Shown piece after piece: positions 1-9,094 of a DNA stretch of 64,000 nucleotides. Origin of the DNA: Bdellovibrionales bacterium (GTDB lineage Bacteria > Bdellovibrionota > Bdellovibrionia > Bdellovibrionales > UBA1609); the NCBI GenBank assembly GCA_041740515.1, contig JBGSLV010000043.1:27594-91593 (forward strand), read 5' to 3'. The notes under the pieces were generated by a model, which did not search any database, was not told the origin of the DNA, and worked only from the letters and a program-made list of their open reading frames with translations. Position numbers and translations under genes: made by a program. Each line of letters starts with the position of its first letter. Within the stretch, counting starts at the first letter, position 1.

Positions 1-37
1 TGTTTTTAATTCTAAAACGTTAGGGTTAATCGATTCT

Positions 38-454
38 TTATGGCAAAAACAATTTTTGCTCTTCAGCGGTTGGTCTGCGGCAAACTTCCCTTCGACCAAA
101 AAATTTATATCTGTGTTTAGCAATAAAATCATAAATTTTATCACACACAAAAAGAGGTAGAACGAAGCTTAGCTTGGCCAGCCATTTCCAAACTCCACCA
201 AGCTCAGTGGCCAAAAGCCGCCAAGCTAGGGTTTTTTCATAAATTATTTGACCATCAAAAACATACAAAGTTTCTAAATTTTTAATATTTACATCTGTCT
301 TTAAGGTTTTGATATATTCCCCTTGCAGGGGGCTATATATGAACTTATTTTGTTTATCCCTTAATATAAGAAAATCGACAGCCCCATTGCAAAGGCCACA
401 GTAGCCATCAAAAAAAACGACAATTTTTCCATCATTGCTTTTGAGTGATGGCAT
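38..454 (-). CDS. DCC1-like thiol-disulfide oxidoreductase family protein (DUF393)
   Basis: N-terminal VVFFDGYCGLCNG motif (the FDGxCxLC signature of the DCC/YuxK family). Size is about 138 aa. Confidence 0.75.
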   Translation of the reverse strand: MPSLKSNDGKIVVFFDGYCGLCNGAVDFLILRDKQNKFIYSPLQGEYIKTLKTDVNIKNLETLYVFDGQIIYEKTLAWRLLATELGGVWKWLAKLSFVLPLFVCDKIYDFIAKHRYKFFGRREVCRRPTAEEQKLFLP

Positions 455-477
455 TTTTTCTCCAATTTCAATTTATT

Positions 478-515
478 TTATGCGCTGTGACCTGAGCGCG
501 GAACCTGGCACCTAG
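478..515 (+). repeat. Single copy of a GC-rich ~40-nt dispersed repeat (TTATGCGCTGTGACCTGAGCGCGGAACCTGGCACCTAG)
   Basis: Near-identical to the four units at 58342-58723. It fills the gap between the divIVA stop and the DCC gene start. It contains an internal GCGCT-N8-AGCGC hairpin. Confidence 0.85.
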
Positions 516-1015
516 ATGCTGCTGATCCGGGCGCGAAGACTTTCGGGGTCAACTTGCGGGTCAGGCATCATCTGCTTACCCTGCTCCAGCATGGCAATGT
601 GCGACTGGATCAAAGCGCGAAGATTATTTTCAAATTGCATACGCACTCTTTTTAGATCTGAAACATCGTGATAGATATTTTTTAAGGAGTCTTTGGCATC
701 TCGAATAATCATTTCAGCTTTTTGATGAGCATCGTTAATAATTAATTTAGCTTCACGTTCAGAGTCACTGCGAATTCGATCTGACATCTTAGTTGCATTG
801 GCGATGGTGTTTTTCAAAAGTTCATCCCGTTGACGATATTCATCAAGATCGGTCTCAAATTTTTTGCACTGTTTTTTCAAATCAGCTTTTTCTTTGGTTA
901 ACATATCCATTTCAACCGAAACCTTTCTTAGAAAATCAAAAATTTGATCTGGATCTAAACCAAACATTTTTTTTCTAAAAGTTCTTTCGTTAATCTCTAC
1001 GGAATTAAATTTCAT
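512..1015 (-). CDS. divIVA: DivIVA domain cell-division protein
   Basis: N-terminus FRKKMFGLDPDQIFDFLRKV followed by a long coiled coil. Synteny with yggS and proC. Confidence 0.8.
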   Translation of the reverse strand: MKFNSVEINERTFRKKMFGLDPDQIFDFLRKVSVEMDMLTKEKADLKKQCKKFETDLDEYRQRDELLKNTIANATKMSDRIRSDSEREAKLIINDAHQKAEMIIRDAKDSLKNIYHDVSDLKRVRMQFENNLRALIQSHIAMLEQGKQMMPDPQVDPESLRARISSI

Positions 1016-1193
1016 GTCCCACCAACCCTATTTATTATGTTAAAGACAGCCTTATGAAGTGTAAAGATAATTTTTTTCTTAAGCTATCTTCTTAGCTTAA
1101 ACCAGAGGGGAGGATAAAAAGCTCTATCCACATTTAGTAGTGAAACAAGCACGCTTATAAACTTTGAAATCATTGTTAGAGTATGGAAAAAAA

Positions 1194-2057
1194 TTAATTG
1201 TTTTGTGCCAACTTTGCGTTTCGCAAAAGAGCATTTTCAAAACCTATTCTAAGGGTGCGGTCCAAATCCATAGCCCGAAAGGATTCTAGACCTTCCCCAG
1301 TAACACCTTTTTTGGAAGTAACTTGGTTTTGCAGCTTAGCAAAGCTTTCAAGGGATGAACGAGCTAACATTGAAGTTGCCAAAAAAGTTTCTGCCGTCAT
1401 TAAAACAGACTCTTCATGAGAAAACCCTTTCTCTTCGAGCCACTCTGACCAGATCTGCATAAATTCTAGTATGAAGCCAATGCCACTACTGCATCCTACC
1501 ATTAACGCGTCGAATAATTCTTCATTGGCTGCAAACACTGGCGTTCCTAATACGGATAAAATCTCTTTGATCATGGGTTCGTGCTTAAGTTGCGCTTCAG
1601 GTTTTTCAAAGGTGTAACCCAAGATTCCCTGACTGATTTTTGCAGCTGTTGTTGGCATGACCCTAATTATGGATTCGGCTCTTGGAATATATCTTCTAAG
1701 TAGTTTTAGATTGTAACCTGCGGCAAAACTTACCACGATTTGATGCTCATCTAAACTTTTGCCAATATTTTCTAGTAACAAGCCCAAATCCTGAGGCTTT
1801 ACCGACAGAAAAATAATGTCTGAGTTATCGATAACTTCATCCAGATTCGAACAACCTTGGATATTATGTTTGTCTCGTAAAGCGTGGACTTTATCTTGCG
1901 AACGACTGGCTACTAAAACTTTTTTTGGCGAAATTTTTTCGGCCGACGTCAGACCCGAAATTACAGCCGCTGTCATATGACCTGCGCCGATAAATCCAAG
2001 TTTTTTAGAGTTTAAAAAAGGGCTAATAGTAGACTTGGGACTGACTTGATTGATCAT
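1194..2057 (-). CDS. proC: Pyrroline-5-carboxylate reductase
   Basis: GFIGAGHMTAAVISGL Rossmann motif, ProC-like C-terminal dimerisation region, and yggS-proC synteny. Confidence 0.85.
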   Translation of the reverse strand: MINQVSPKSTISPFLNSKKLGFIGAGHMTAAVISGLTSAEKISPKKVLVASRSQDKVHALRDKHNIQGCSNLDEVIDNSDIIFLSVKPQDLGLLLENIGKSLDEHQIVVSFAAGYNLKLLRRYIPRAESIIRVMPTTAAKISQGILGYTFEKPEAQLKHEPMIKEILSVLGTPVFAANEELFDALMVGCSSGIGFILEFMQIWSEWLEEKGFSHEESVLMTAETFLATSMLARSSLESFAKLQNQVTSKKGVTGEGLESFRAMDLDRTLRIGFENALLRNAKLAQNN

Positions 2058-2752
2058 GACCGGACTCCAAAAATGGCACTGCCAATCCTAATCATAGTCG
2101 AACCCGCTTGAATGGCCAACTTAAAATCATCTGACATTCCCATAGAAACTTCTTTAAAGTCTTCTGAAAGCTTTTGGTTTTTCTTAACAGAAATAAATTT
2201 TTCCACCAGTTGTTCAAAACACTTAAGTTTATCTGCATCTGTTAAACCTAATGGTAAAATACACATCAAGCCACAAAACAAAATTGTTTTATGATTTTTA
2301 TAACCCTCTAAAATGGATTCGATCTGTGACATTTCAAAACCAAATTTTGTAGCTTCATCTCCAAATTTAATTTGCAGTAGAATTTTCTGACATAGATTTT
2401 TTTTTTCTGACTCTTGAATGATTTTTTTAAGCAACTTTTCACTATCCACAGAATGAATAAGATCGGCTCGCCCCACTACTTTTTCCACTTTGTTCGTTTG
2501 TAAATGACCAATAAAATGCCAATTAATCTTTAAATCTTTAAGGGTATCAAATTTATGAACAAACTCGGTGACATAGTTTTCAGCAAAATCGTTTTGACCC
2601 ATTCCATGAACTTCACGAATGCTTGCTACAGAAAAAGTTTTTGAAACGGCAATCAGTTTAACATTCGAAGGAATTAAGCTTTGGCGACCGGATTGATGCT
2701 CTGCTTTAAGTAAATTTAGTTTAATAGTTTCATAGCGATCTTTGAGGGACAT
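2054..2752 (-). CDS. yggS: YggS-family pyridoxal-phosphate homeostasis protein
   Basis: LIAVSKTFS (PLP lysine context), HFIGHLQTNK and SMGMSDDF motifs. Overlaps proC by 4 nt. Confidence 0.85.
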   Translation of the reverse strand: MSLKDRYETIKLNLLKAEHQSGRQSLIPSNVKLIAVSKTFSVASIREVHGMGQNDFAENYVTEFVHKFDTLKDLKINWHFIGHLQTNKVEKVVGRADLIHSVDSEKLLKKIIQESEKKNLCQKILLQIKFGDEATKFGFEMSQIESILEGYKNHKTILFCGLMCILPLGLTDADKLKCFEQLVEKFISVKKNQKLSEDFKEVSMGMSDDFKLAIQAGSTMIRIGSAIFGVRS

Positions 2753-2754
2753 GA

Positions 2755-3354
2755 TTATACCTGTTTAAATAACGATAAAAGACCACGTCGTTGTAAATAC
2801 TCAAAAAATCTTTCGATAGGAAAGCCAATAACATTGTTTACAGAGCCTATAACAAATTGTACAAAATCATGGTCCTCGTCTTGAAGACCATAGGCCCCTG
2901 CTTTATCAAGACAGGTTCCGCTCATTACGTATTGTGAAATTTGCTCATCGTTAAGCTTATAAAAATGAACTTTAGACTCTTCCACAAAATGATCTACAGA
3001 CTTAAGTTTGGAGTTGTAAATGGATACGGCTGTAATCACGACATGAGTCCTGCCCGACAATAGTCTTAAATACTCTTTGGCCTGCGCTATAGATTCGGGT
3101 TTACCTAAAATCTGCTCTTCGACTAACACCATTGTGTCGGCCGTAATAGCTAAATAGTCTATATATTTCAATGACTTATCTGAAATCAAGAAGGATTCAA
3201 GCTTATCACGAGCAATCTGAGACACTGCTTGCTGCCAATTCAGGTTTTCATCAATAATTTCCGATATTTCTACTGTCTCAGTGTGAAAACTTAGACCGGC
3301 ATCGGTAAGGATTTTTTTTCGTCTTGGTGATGCTGAAACTAAAACAAGTTGCAT
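2755..3354 (-). CDS. maf: Maf-like nucleoside triphosphate pyrophosphatase
   Basis: LVSASPRRKKIL N-terminal motif, DKAGAYGLQ motif, about 199 aa. Confidence 0.85.
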   Translation of the reverse strand: MQLVLVSASPRRKKILTDAGLSFHTETVEISEIIDENLNWQQAVSQIARDKLESFLISDKSLKYIDYLAITADTMVLVEEQILGKPESIAQAKEYLRLLSGRTHVVITAVSIYNSKLKSVDHFVEESKVHFYKLNDEQISQYVMSGTCLDKAGAYGLQDEDHDFVQFVIGSVNNVIGFPIERFFEYLQRRGLLSLFKQV

Positions 3355-3374
3355 GTGATCGAGGGCCTTAGTTT

Positions 3375-4283
3375 ATGGATGGTTTATCATTAAATCTCAT
3401 GTTTCTGATTTTGGGTCTACTGCTGGCGGGGTTCAGCGTTTACTTAATTGTCAGAACGGTACTTAAAACAGACGACCAAACATCCTCATTGGCCATGGCC
3501 TCAGGGGATGAAGCTCAAAGATCAAAATCGCCATTGATTAATTTTTCCAGACCGCTTGTGCATAGCTTTGCTATGCAACATACCAAAAAAATTAAAAGTG
3601 AAGAGTACCGTAAAAAAGTACAAATCAAATTGATCACTTCGGGCTTAGCCTCAGAGCTTAGTGTGGATGAGTTCATTGGGTTACAAATCTTTTGGGGAAT
3701 TTTCTTTCCAATTTTGATGATGGCATTAAACTTTGCTTTAGACCTTGGACTCCCATTTTACAGCGTAATTTTTATTATGGGATTTGGAGCCTTTTTTCCT
3801 CATCTGTATGCGAATTCTGAAAAGAAAAAACGCAATATGTCCGTGCAACTTGATCTACCCTTCTTCACTGATCTTTTAGCTTTATCCACAGAAGCCGGAC
3901 TTGATTTTTTCGGAGCTATCCAAAGAATTGCAGACAAAGCCAAAGGAAGCGTCCTTGGTACTGAACTTCAAATCGTACTCAGAGATAACAGCCTTGGAAG
4001 TTCCAAAGCTGATGCTTTAAGGGGGCTTTCAGAAAGATTAGATATGTCGGAAATCACAAGTTTTGTAGCGGTCATCATTGATGCCGAACAATCTGGTGTA
4101 TCAATTGCTAAAGTTTTAAAAGATCAATCCATTCAAATGCGTTTAGAAAGATTTGTTAGAGCAGAAAAAGCTGGAGCTCAAGCTTCTCAGGCTCTACTTA
4201 TACCTATCATGCTTTTTATTGTGCCCGCGGTTTTTATAATGGTTTTAGCACCCGTAGCATTAAGCTTTTCAACAGGTGGATAA
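3375..4283 (+). CDS. Type II secretion system F-domain protein, TadB/TadC-like (Flp/Tad pilus platform)
   Basis: Single T2SS-F domain: LPFFTDLLALSTEAGLDFFGAIQRIA ... FVRAEKAGAQASQALLIPIMLFIVPAVFIMVLAP. Alternative start at 3399. Confidence 0.8.
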   Translation: MDGLSLNLMFLILGLLLAGFSVYLIVRTVLKTDDQTSSLAMASGDEAQRSKSPLINFSRPLVHSFAMQHTKKIKSEEYRKKVQIKLITSGLASELSVDEFIGLQIFWGIFFPILMMALNFALDLGLPFYSVIFIMGFGAFFPHLYANSEKKKRNMSVQLDLPFFTDLLALSTEAGLDFFGAIQRIADKAKGSVLGTELQIVLRDNSLGSSKADALRGLSERLDMSEITSFVAVIIDAEQSGVSIAKVLKDQSIQMRLERFVRAEKAGAQASQALLIPIMLFIVPAVFIMVLAPVALSFSTGG

Positions 4284-4289
4284 TTTATC

Positions 4290-4643
4290 ATGATGCAATC
4301 AACATTCCTCTTTAATATTACCAAAAATAAAAGGATTTCGGATCATGTCGAAATAGCACTGACTTTTGCACAACGTTCAAAAGGACTTTTAGGTCGAAAA
4401 GGTTTAGAACAAAATCAAAGTCTTTGGATTCATCACTGCAACAGTGTTCATACATTTTTTATGCAATTTAGCATTGATGTTTTGTACGTTAACAAAGATT
4501 TGCAAGTGACTAAAATACATCGAGACCTGCAACCCTGGAGACTCAGTTGGGGTGGTTTCGAGTCGCACTCATGCTTTGAATTTCAAGCCCATCAATTAAC
4601 CCATGAAATAAAGATAGGAGACTATTTACGTGTTAGCGCTTAA
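4290..4643 (+). CDS. DUF192 domain protein
   Basis: AQRSKGLLGRK ... CNSVHTFFMQFSIDVLYV pattern typical of DUF192. Lies 6 nt after the tadC-like gene. Confidence 0.7.
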   Translation: MMQSTFLFNITKNKRISDHVEIALTFAQRSKGLLGRKGLEQNQSLWIHHCNSVHTFFMQFSIDVLYVNKDLQVTKIHRDLQPWRLSWGGFESHSCFEFQAHQLTHEIKIGDYLRVSA

Positions 4644-6210
4644 AATTTTAACCGGTCAACAAATGGGAAAAGTGATTCGAATTAAAGACGGCGTTTCTGT
4701 CTTAGGTCGATCTCCAGAATGCGATATCATCATCGCCAACAATAACGTTTCAAAGAAACATGCCAGCCTTGAAAAAAAAGGCGAACTGATTGTTCTTAAA
4801 GATTTAAAATCTACAAATGGCTGTTATATCAATGGCGTTAAAGTCCACGAGTCAAAAGTTCATTTGGGTGATAAATTAAGTTTTCATGACACTGTGGCGG
4901 AAGTCATCGACCCAAATGCCGGTGGAGCTTTAGCTCTTTTTCAGCCTAAAAAAGAACTAGCACTAACTTCTGATGTTGTAGTCTCAGATTTGGCTTTACA
5001 TATTGATGATAGTGACATCATACAACCTTACGATCCACCCGTTGAAATTTTTAAGAAAAGAACCAATCATTATTTTGAAAATACCGTACTGCCAGGAATT
5101 TATAAAATGACTGAGTTTATGGATTTCCAATGGGTGGTTGGCTTTTTCTTTATTCTAGTTGTCGTAATTTCAACAAGCTTATCGGTCATTCCCTTGCTTA
5201 AAATTCTACGTGAGAGTATTGAAGAGTCTAGTCTTAGAAATGTGCAAAACATTGTTAAGGAAGTTGTAAACCAAAATAAAGACCCCCTATTTAAACGACT
5301 TTTTTCAGCCGTAGATTTAGATTCCACTTATCAAAAACAAGGCGTAGTTTTAGCATATATTACAGACCTTCGTGGTGAAATTGTGGCTCCAGCCAGGTAT
5401 GCAGGTAAAACACCGCAAATACTTGGATTTCACAAAGGTCGAAAAATTGCTGACACTCGAACTTTTATTGAGTTTGTTGATAGCAAAAATATTTTAGCTG
5501 TTGAAGCTTTTAAATATTATGATCCCAAAAAATCTGTAGAAACCTCTCGCTATTATGCTATGGTTTTGTATAACGTCGATACTCGAATGATGGACTTTAA
5601 TAGAACCTTAAGTCTATTCGTTCAAACATTGGCCTTGTCCCTAGTTGTCGCTTTGATTTTGTATTTTTTCGTTTCTCGCTTGATCAGTTATCCGCTTCGG
5701 GTTTTAAATCGACAGATAGATCTTTACTTACGTGATGGTGGTGCTGGTGGTACGAATCAGCTAGAAACCAAACTTAAATTTCCTATTTTACAAAAATTAT
5801 ATTCAAACTTAAATAGTGCTTTGAATCGTCAAAATAGTTCTTCCAATCAATCCGATCAGCCGTTTGAAAGAGATAGAAATTTTGAAATGAAAAACTTAGT
5901 TGAACTGATAGGCTTTCCAGCTTTGGCCATTCGAGCCAGTGACGAAACCGTTGCGGCTTACAATCCAGAGTTTGAAAATAAAACCAACTTAAACAATATT
6001 GAAGGCGTTACCGTTTTTAATATTTCGGACCAATCCTTAAAGTTGTGCCTTCGAGATTTAATTGATCAAATTAAAATCAATCCTGATCAAATAGTTTCCA
6101 ATCAATTAGAGTTTCCATCCGACACTTATGAACTAGCTATGCAAGCCATTCATGGCAGCCAAGATATCTCGTATTATATTATTTCTTTTATTCCGGTGGA
6201 TCCAAGTTAA
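4630..6210 (+). CDS. FHA-domain membrane protein: FHA, TM, extracytoplasmic domain, TM, HAMP-like linker, C-terminal domain
   Basis: FHA motifs VLGRSPECDIII..VSKKHASL..STNGCYINGVKV. Two hydrophobic spans: FQWVVGFFFILVVVISTSL and LSLFVQTLALSLVVALILYFFV, the second followed by SYPLRVLNRQI. GTG start overlaps the DUF192 gene. Confidence 0.7.
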   Translation: MLALKILTGQQMGKVIRIKDGVSVLGRSPECDIIIANNNVSKKHASLEKKGELIVLKDLKSTNGCYINGVKVHESKVHLGDKLSFHDTVAEVIDPNAGGALALFQPKKELALTSDVVVSDLALHIDDSDIIQPYDPPVEIFKKRTNHYFENTVLPGIYKMTEFMDFQWVVGFFFILVVVISTSLSVIPLLKILRESIEESSLRNVQNIVKEVVNQNKDPLFKRLFSAVDLDSTYQKQGVVLAYITDLRGEIVAPARYAGKTPQILGFHKGRKIADTRTFIEFVDSKNILAVEAFKYYDPKKSVETSRYYAMVLYNVDTRMMDFNRTLSLFVQTLALSLVVALILYFFVSRLISYPLRVLNRQIDLYLRDGGAGGTNQLETKLKFPILQKLYSNLNSALNRQNSSSNQSDQPFERDRNFEMKNLVELIGFPALAIRASDETVAAYNPEFENKTNLNNIEGVTVFNISDQSLKLCLRDLIDQIKINPDQIVSNQLEFPSDTYELAMQAIHGSQDISYYIISFIPVDPS

Positions 6211-7167
6211 ATGAGTAATGTGACCTATAGAAACTCAGACCTAAACCCAAATACTGTGGTACAAAACCACAGTGATAAAAGATTTTTTTTAAAAATCAAT
6301 AAGGGACATGAAAAAGGGGCTGTATTTCAAATCTCTTCGTCAGAAGTTATGATAGGTCGAGATCCTTCTAACCATATTCAACTAAAAAATGATTCAAAAA
6401 TTAGTCGGCACCATGTTAGGCTTATTTTTAAAAATGACCGTTACACAGTACAAGATATCACTAAAAATAATTTTATTTATGTCAATGGCATAAAAGTAAA
6501 ACAATTTGATTTGAAAAATAACGAATTAATCCAAATTGGTGATCATGTCTTACAATTTGTTGAAACAGATATAAACAGCAAAACTAATTCTGCAATGCCA
6601 AATTCAAATCAGGCTCCTCAGAATAACCGATTAAGGCTAATACTTATTCTTATTGTATTAATGGGAAGTGGCTATTATTTCACGACACCAGCTCCGAAGA
6701 TAGATGTTAACACTATTAAAGCTGACGCTTTTGATAATGCGACAAAGAGCGAAAGACGAATAGACAGTATTGAAAATTCAATCAAAGAGTTAGATGAAAA
6801 ATTTAAAGACTCGGTATATTTTACAGAAAATGGTAGGAATGCCCAAGCCATTTTTATTCAAGGTAAACGTGATTTTGATCGTGGCCAATTTTTTTATGCT
6901 CGAGATGCTTTTGGAGCTGTGTTATCCATCGAGCCCTCGCATGCGGAAGCACGCAGACTTTTAAGGCTTTCACAGCAATTTTCAGATGACCTTCTTGAAA
7001 AACAGTTTACCGAAGGTCTTGCTAGCAAAGAGTCTGGTCGTTTTGATTTTTGTAAATCCTCCATGAAAAATATTATGAACTTAATAAACGATCCCGCCAA
7101 CTCTAGGTATCGAGAAGCCAAAAAAATACTGATTGAGTGTGAATTAAAAAAACGAGGTAATTTTTAA
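6211..7167 (+). CDS. FHA-domain protein with one TM span and a helical-repeat extracytoplasmic tail
   Basis: MIGRDPSNHIQL..SRHHVRL..NFIYVNG FHA motifs. TM span LRLILILIVLMGSGYYF. The start codon directly follows the previous stop. Confidence 0.7.
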   Translation: MSNVTYRNSDLNPNTVVQNHSDKRFFLKINKGHEKGAVFQISSSEVMIGRDPSNHIQLKNDSKISRHHVRLIFKNDRYTVQDITKNNFIYVNGIKVKQFDLKNNELIQIGDHVLQFVETDINSKTNSAMPNSNQAPQNNRLRLILILIVLMGSGYYFTTPAPKIDVNTIKADAFDNATKSERRIDSIENSIKELDEKFKDSVYFTENGRNAQAIFIQGKRDFDRGQFFYARDAFGAVLSIEPSHAEARRLLRLSQQFSDDLLEKQFTEGLASKESGRFDFCKSSMKNIMNLINDPANSRYREAKKILIECELKKRGNF

Positions 7168-9062
7168 TGTTTCATTTAAAATGTTTCATCGACGGTGAAC
7201 TTTACAAAGAGCTTAAAATTAATCCTGGGCAAGAGATCATTATCGGTCGAGATGAAACGGCGGATATTGCTTTGGAATCATTCCCCGGTGTTTCAAGACA
7301 ACATATTAAAGTAATACATTTAGGAGATAAACTTTTAGCGGAACGAATGTCCCAAGCTGGCAAATTGATAGTTAATGGCAAAAGTGAAAAGTCGATAGAA
7401 ATTACCGGCCAAGGACAATTTGCTATTCCACCTTATAATTTTGAAGTCTTACAAGAAGTTCAAGAAGTAGAAGTCCAAACGGTAGAGCCTACGGTCAACA
7501 AAGAACCTGAACCCTATATGAGCGAAAAAACCTTTGCCGGTGACTTTGAAAAAACTTCGGTTAGCACCCATGATTTAGCCGCAACTTTCAAAAGAATTGA
7601 ATTTGGAAATATAGTTGATGAATTCAAAATGGATAGTGCCAAATGGACTTTTGGGAGGGCAAAAACCTGCAATGTATTCATTGATCATGACAAAGCTAGT
7701 CGTCAACATTTTGAAGTCTACAAACTTAATAACAAGTTTTTAATTAAAGACCTGGGCAGCTCTAATGGCACATTTCTTAATGGCCATCAGCTTCCAGCAA
7801 ATAATGAAATTGATCTTAAGTCTGGTGATGTGATTTCAATTAACGATTATAAGTTGCTATTTGAAATGAAAGATAATTTTGTTGAAAAACAAATTTATAA
7901 CTTACCAGATTCATATAAACCCGTTGATTTAGAAGATTTTAAATACTCCCAAACTTCTAACAACAGTAATATGGGCGTTGCTAAGGTCAAGTCAGGTTGG
8001 GTAGGTATTTCAGAATGGAGTCTACAAGCAAAAATCAGAGCTGGTATTACCATCGTTTTTATAGCCATGATTACAGGCTTTGCTTTATTCCCTAGTATTA
8101 ATCCTGAGAACAAAGCCTTAGAGCAAAGAGAGCTCGCGGCTTTACGACAAAAAAATGAAGAAAATAAAATTATCGAAAACGCAAAAGTTGCAGCGATTCA
8201 ATACATAGGTGAGGCCCGTTGGTCGTTGTGTATATCTGAAGTTCAAAGAATCCAAGAGCTTCGACCCGACGACCAAGATGCCGCTGAAATAGGGATAAAA
8301 TGTCAAACAGCTTTAGAATCTTTAGAACGTCAAAGCCAAATCGAAGCCCAAGAGCGAGATCGTTTAGCCATAATTGAAAAGGTAAACGCTATTATTGAAG
8401 AGTGTAAAGATAAGGTTAACCAAGGTAGTGCCGTGATTAAGGATTGTCTTCAAGATGCCATTGAACTTGCACCAGAAAATGAAAACATCGCCAAACTTTT
8501 TGACGAGGCCGAGGCCATAGATAGATTGAATGAGGAGAAAAAGCTTAAGCAAGAAAAATATGCTCAAAGATTAAATGCGGGGTTAAGTGTTTTAAAGAAA
8601 GGCGATAGCTTCAAAGATAAACAATATTGGGAAGAAGCCATCAAATGGTATAATACTTTTCTTAAAGGCAATTATCCAGATCCCAAAGGCGAATATAAAC
8701 CAAGAGCTCAGCGTGAAATAGCCTCCATACAATCTGCTTTAGCTAGCACTTTAAAAAAAGCTTTAGATGATGCCAAAGTGCAATTTAATAAAGAAAATTA
8801 CCGCGAAGCCGTGATAGCGGCTCGAAAAGGTTTAAAGATTGATGAGTATCATAAAGAGTTAAGGAAGATTGAAATGGAAGCTTTAGGTATATTAAGAATT
8901 GAAATCCGATCTTTATACCAGGATAGTATTCTTATGGAAGACTTAGGCAAGATTCATACAGCCATTTCAAAATGGAAACAGATTGTTGAACGAGACATAC
9001 CAGGTGAAGAGTACTTTAATAAAGCCGAAAGCAAACTTAAAACTTACGAAACTGAGATCTAA
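7167..9062 (+). CDS. Double-FHA-domain membrane protein with a long coiled-coil/TPR-like tail
   Basis: FHA 1: IIGRDETADIAL..VSRQHIKV. FHA 2: FGRAKTCNVFI..ASRQHFEV..SSNGTFLNGHQL. TM span AGITIVFIAMITGFALF. Overlaps the upstream gene by 1 nt. Confidence 0.75.
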   Translation: MFHLKCFIDGELYKELKINPGQEIIIGRDETADIALESFPGVSRQHIKVIHLGDKLLAERMSQAGKLIVNGKSEKSIEITGQGQFAIPPYNFEVLQEVQEVEVQTVEPTVNKEPEPYMSEKTFAGDFEKTSVSTHDLAATFKRIEFGNIVDEFKMDSAKWTFGRAKTCNVFIDHDKASRQHFEVYKLNNKFLIKDLGSSNGTFLNGHQLPANNEIDLKSGDVISINDYKLLFEMKDNFVEKQIYNLPDSYKPVDLEDFKYSQTSNNSNMGVAKVKSGWVGISEWSLQAKIRAGITIVFIAMITGFALFPSINPENKALEQRELAALRQKNEENKIIENAKVAAIQYIGEARWSLCISEVQRIQELRPDDQDAAEIGIKCQTALESLERQSQIEAQERDRLAIIEKVNAIIEECKDKVNQGSAVIKDCLQDAIELAPENENIAKLFDEAEAIDRLNEEKKLKQEKYAQRLNAGLSVLKKGDSFKDKQYWEEAIKWYNTFLKGNYPDPKGEYKPRAQREIASIQSALASTLKKALDDAKVQFNKENYREAVIAARKGLKIDEYHKELRKIEMEALGILRIEIRSLYQDSILMEDLGKIHTAISKWKQIVERDIPGEEYFNKAESKLKTYETEI

Positions 9063-9094
9063 ATTTTTTTTATAAAAATCAAAAAGGTTATTAT

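Noticed and set aside
1079-1100. 7-bp hairpin TTAAGCT-N8-AGCTTAA between proC and divIVA
   Set aside because: There is no T-run on the transcribed (minus) strand after the stem. It is AT-rich and short, so probably not a terminator.
3375-4283. Possibility that the window encodes a complete Tad/Flp pilus system
   Set aside because: Only one platform-type gene is present. I found no ATPase, secretin, prepilin peptidase or recognisable Flp pilin ORF.
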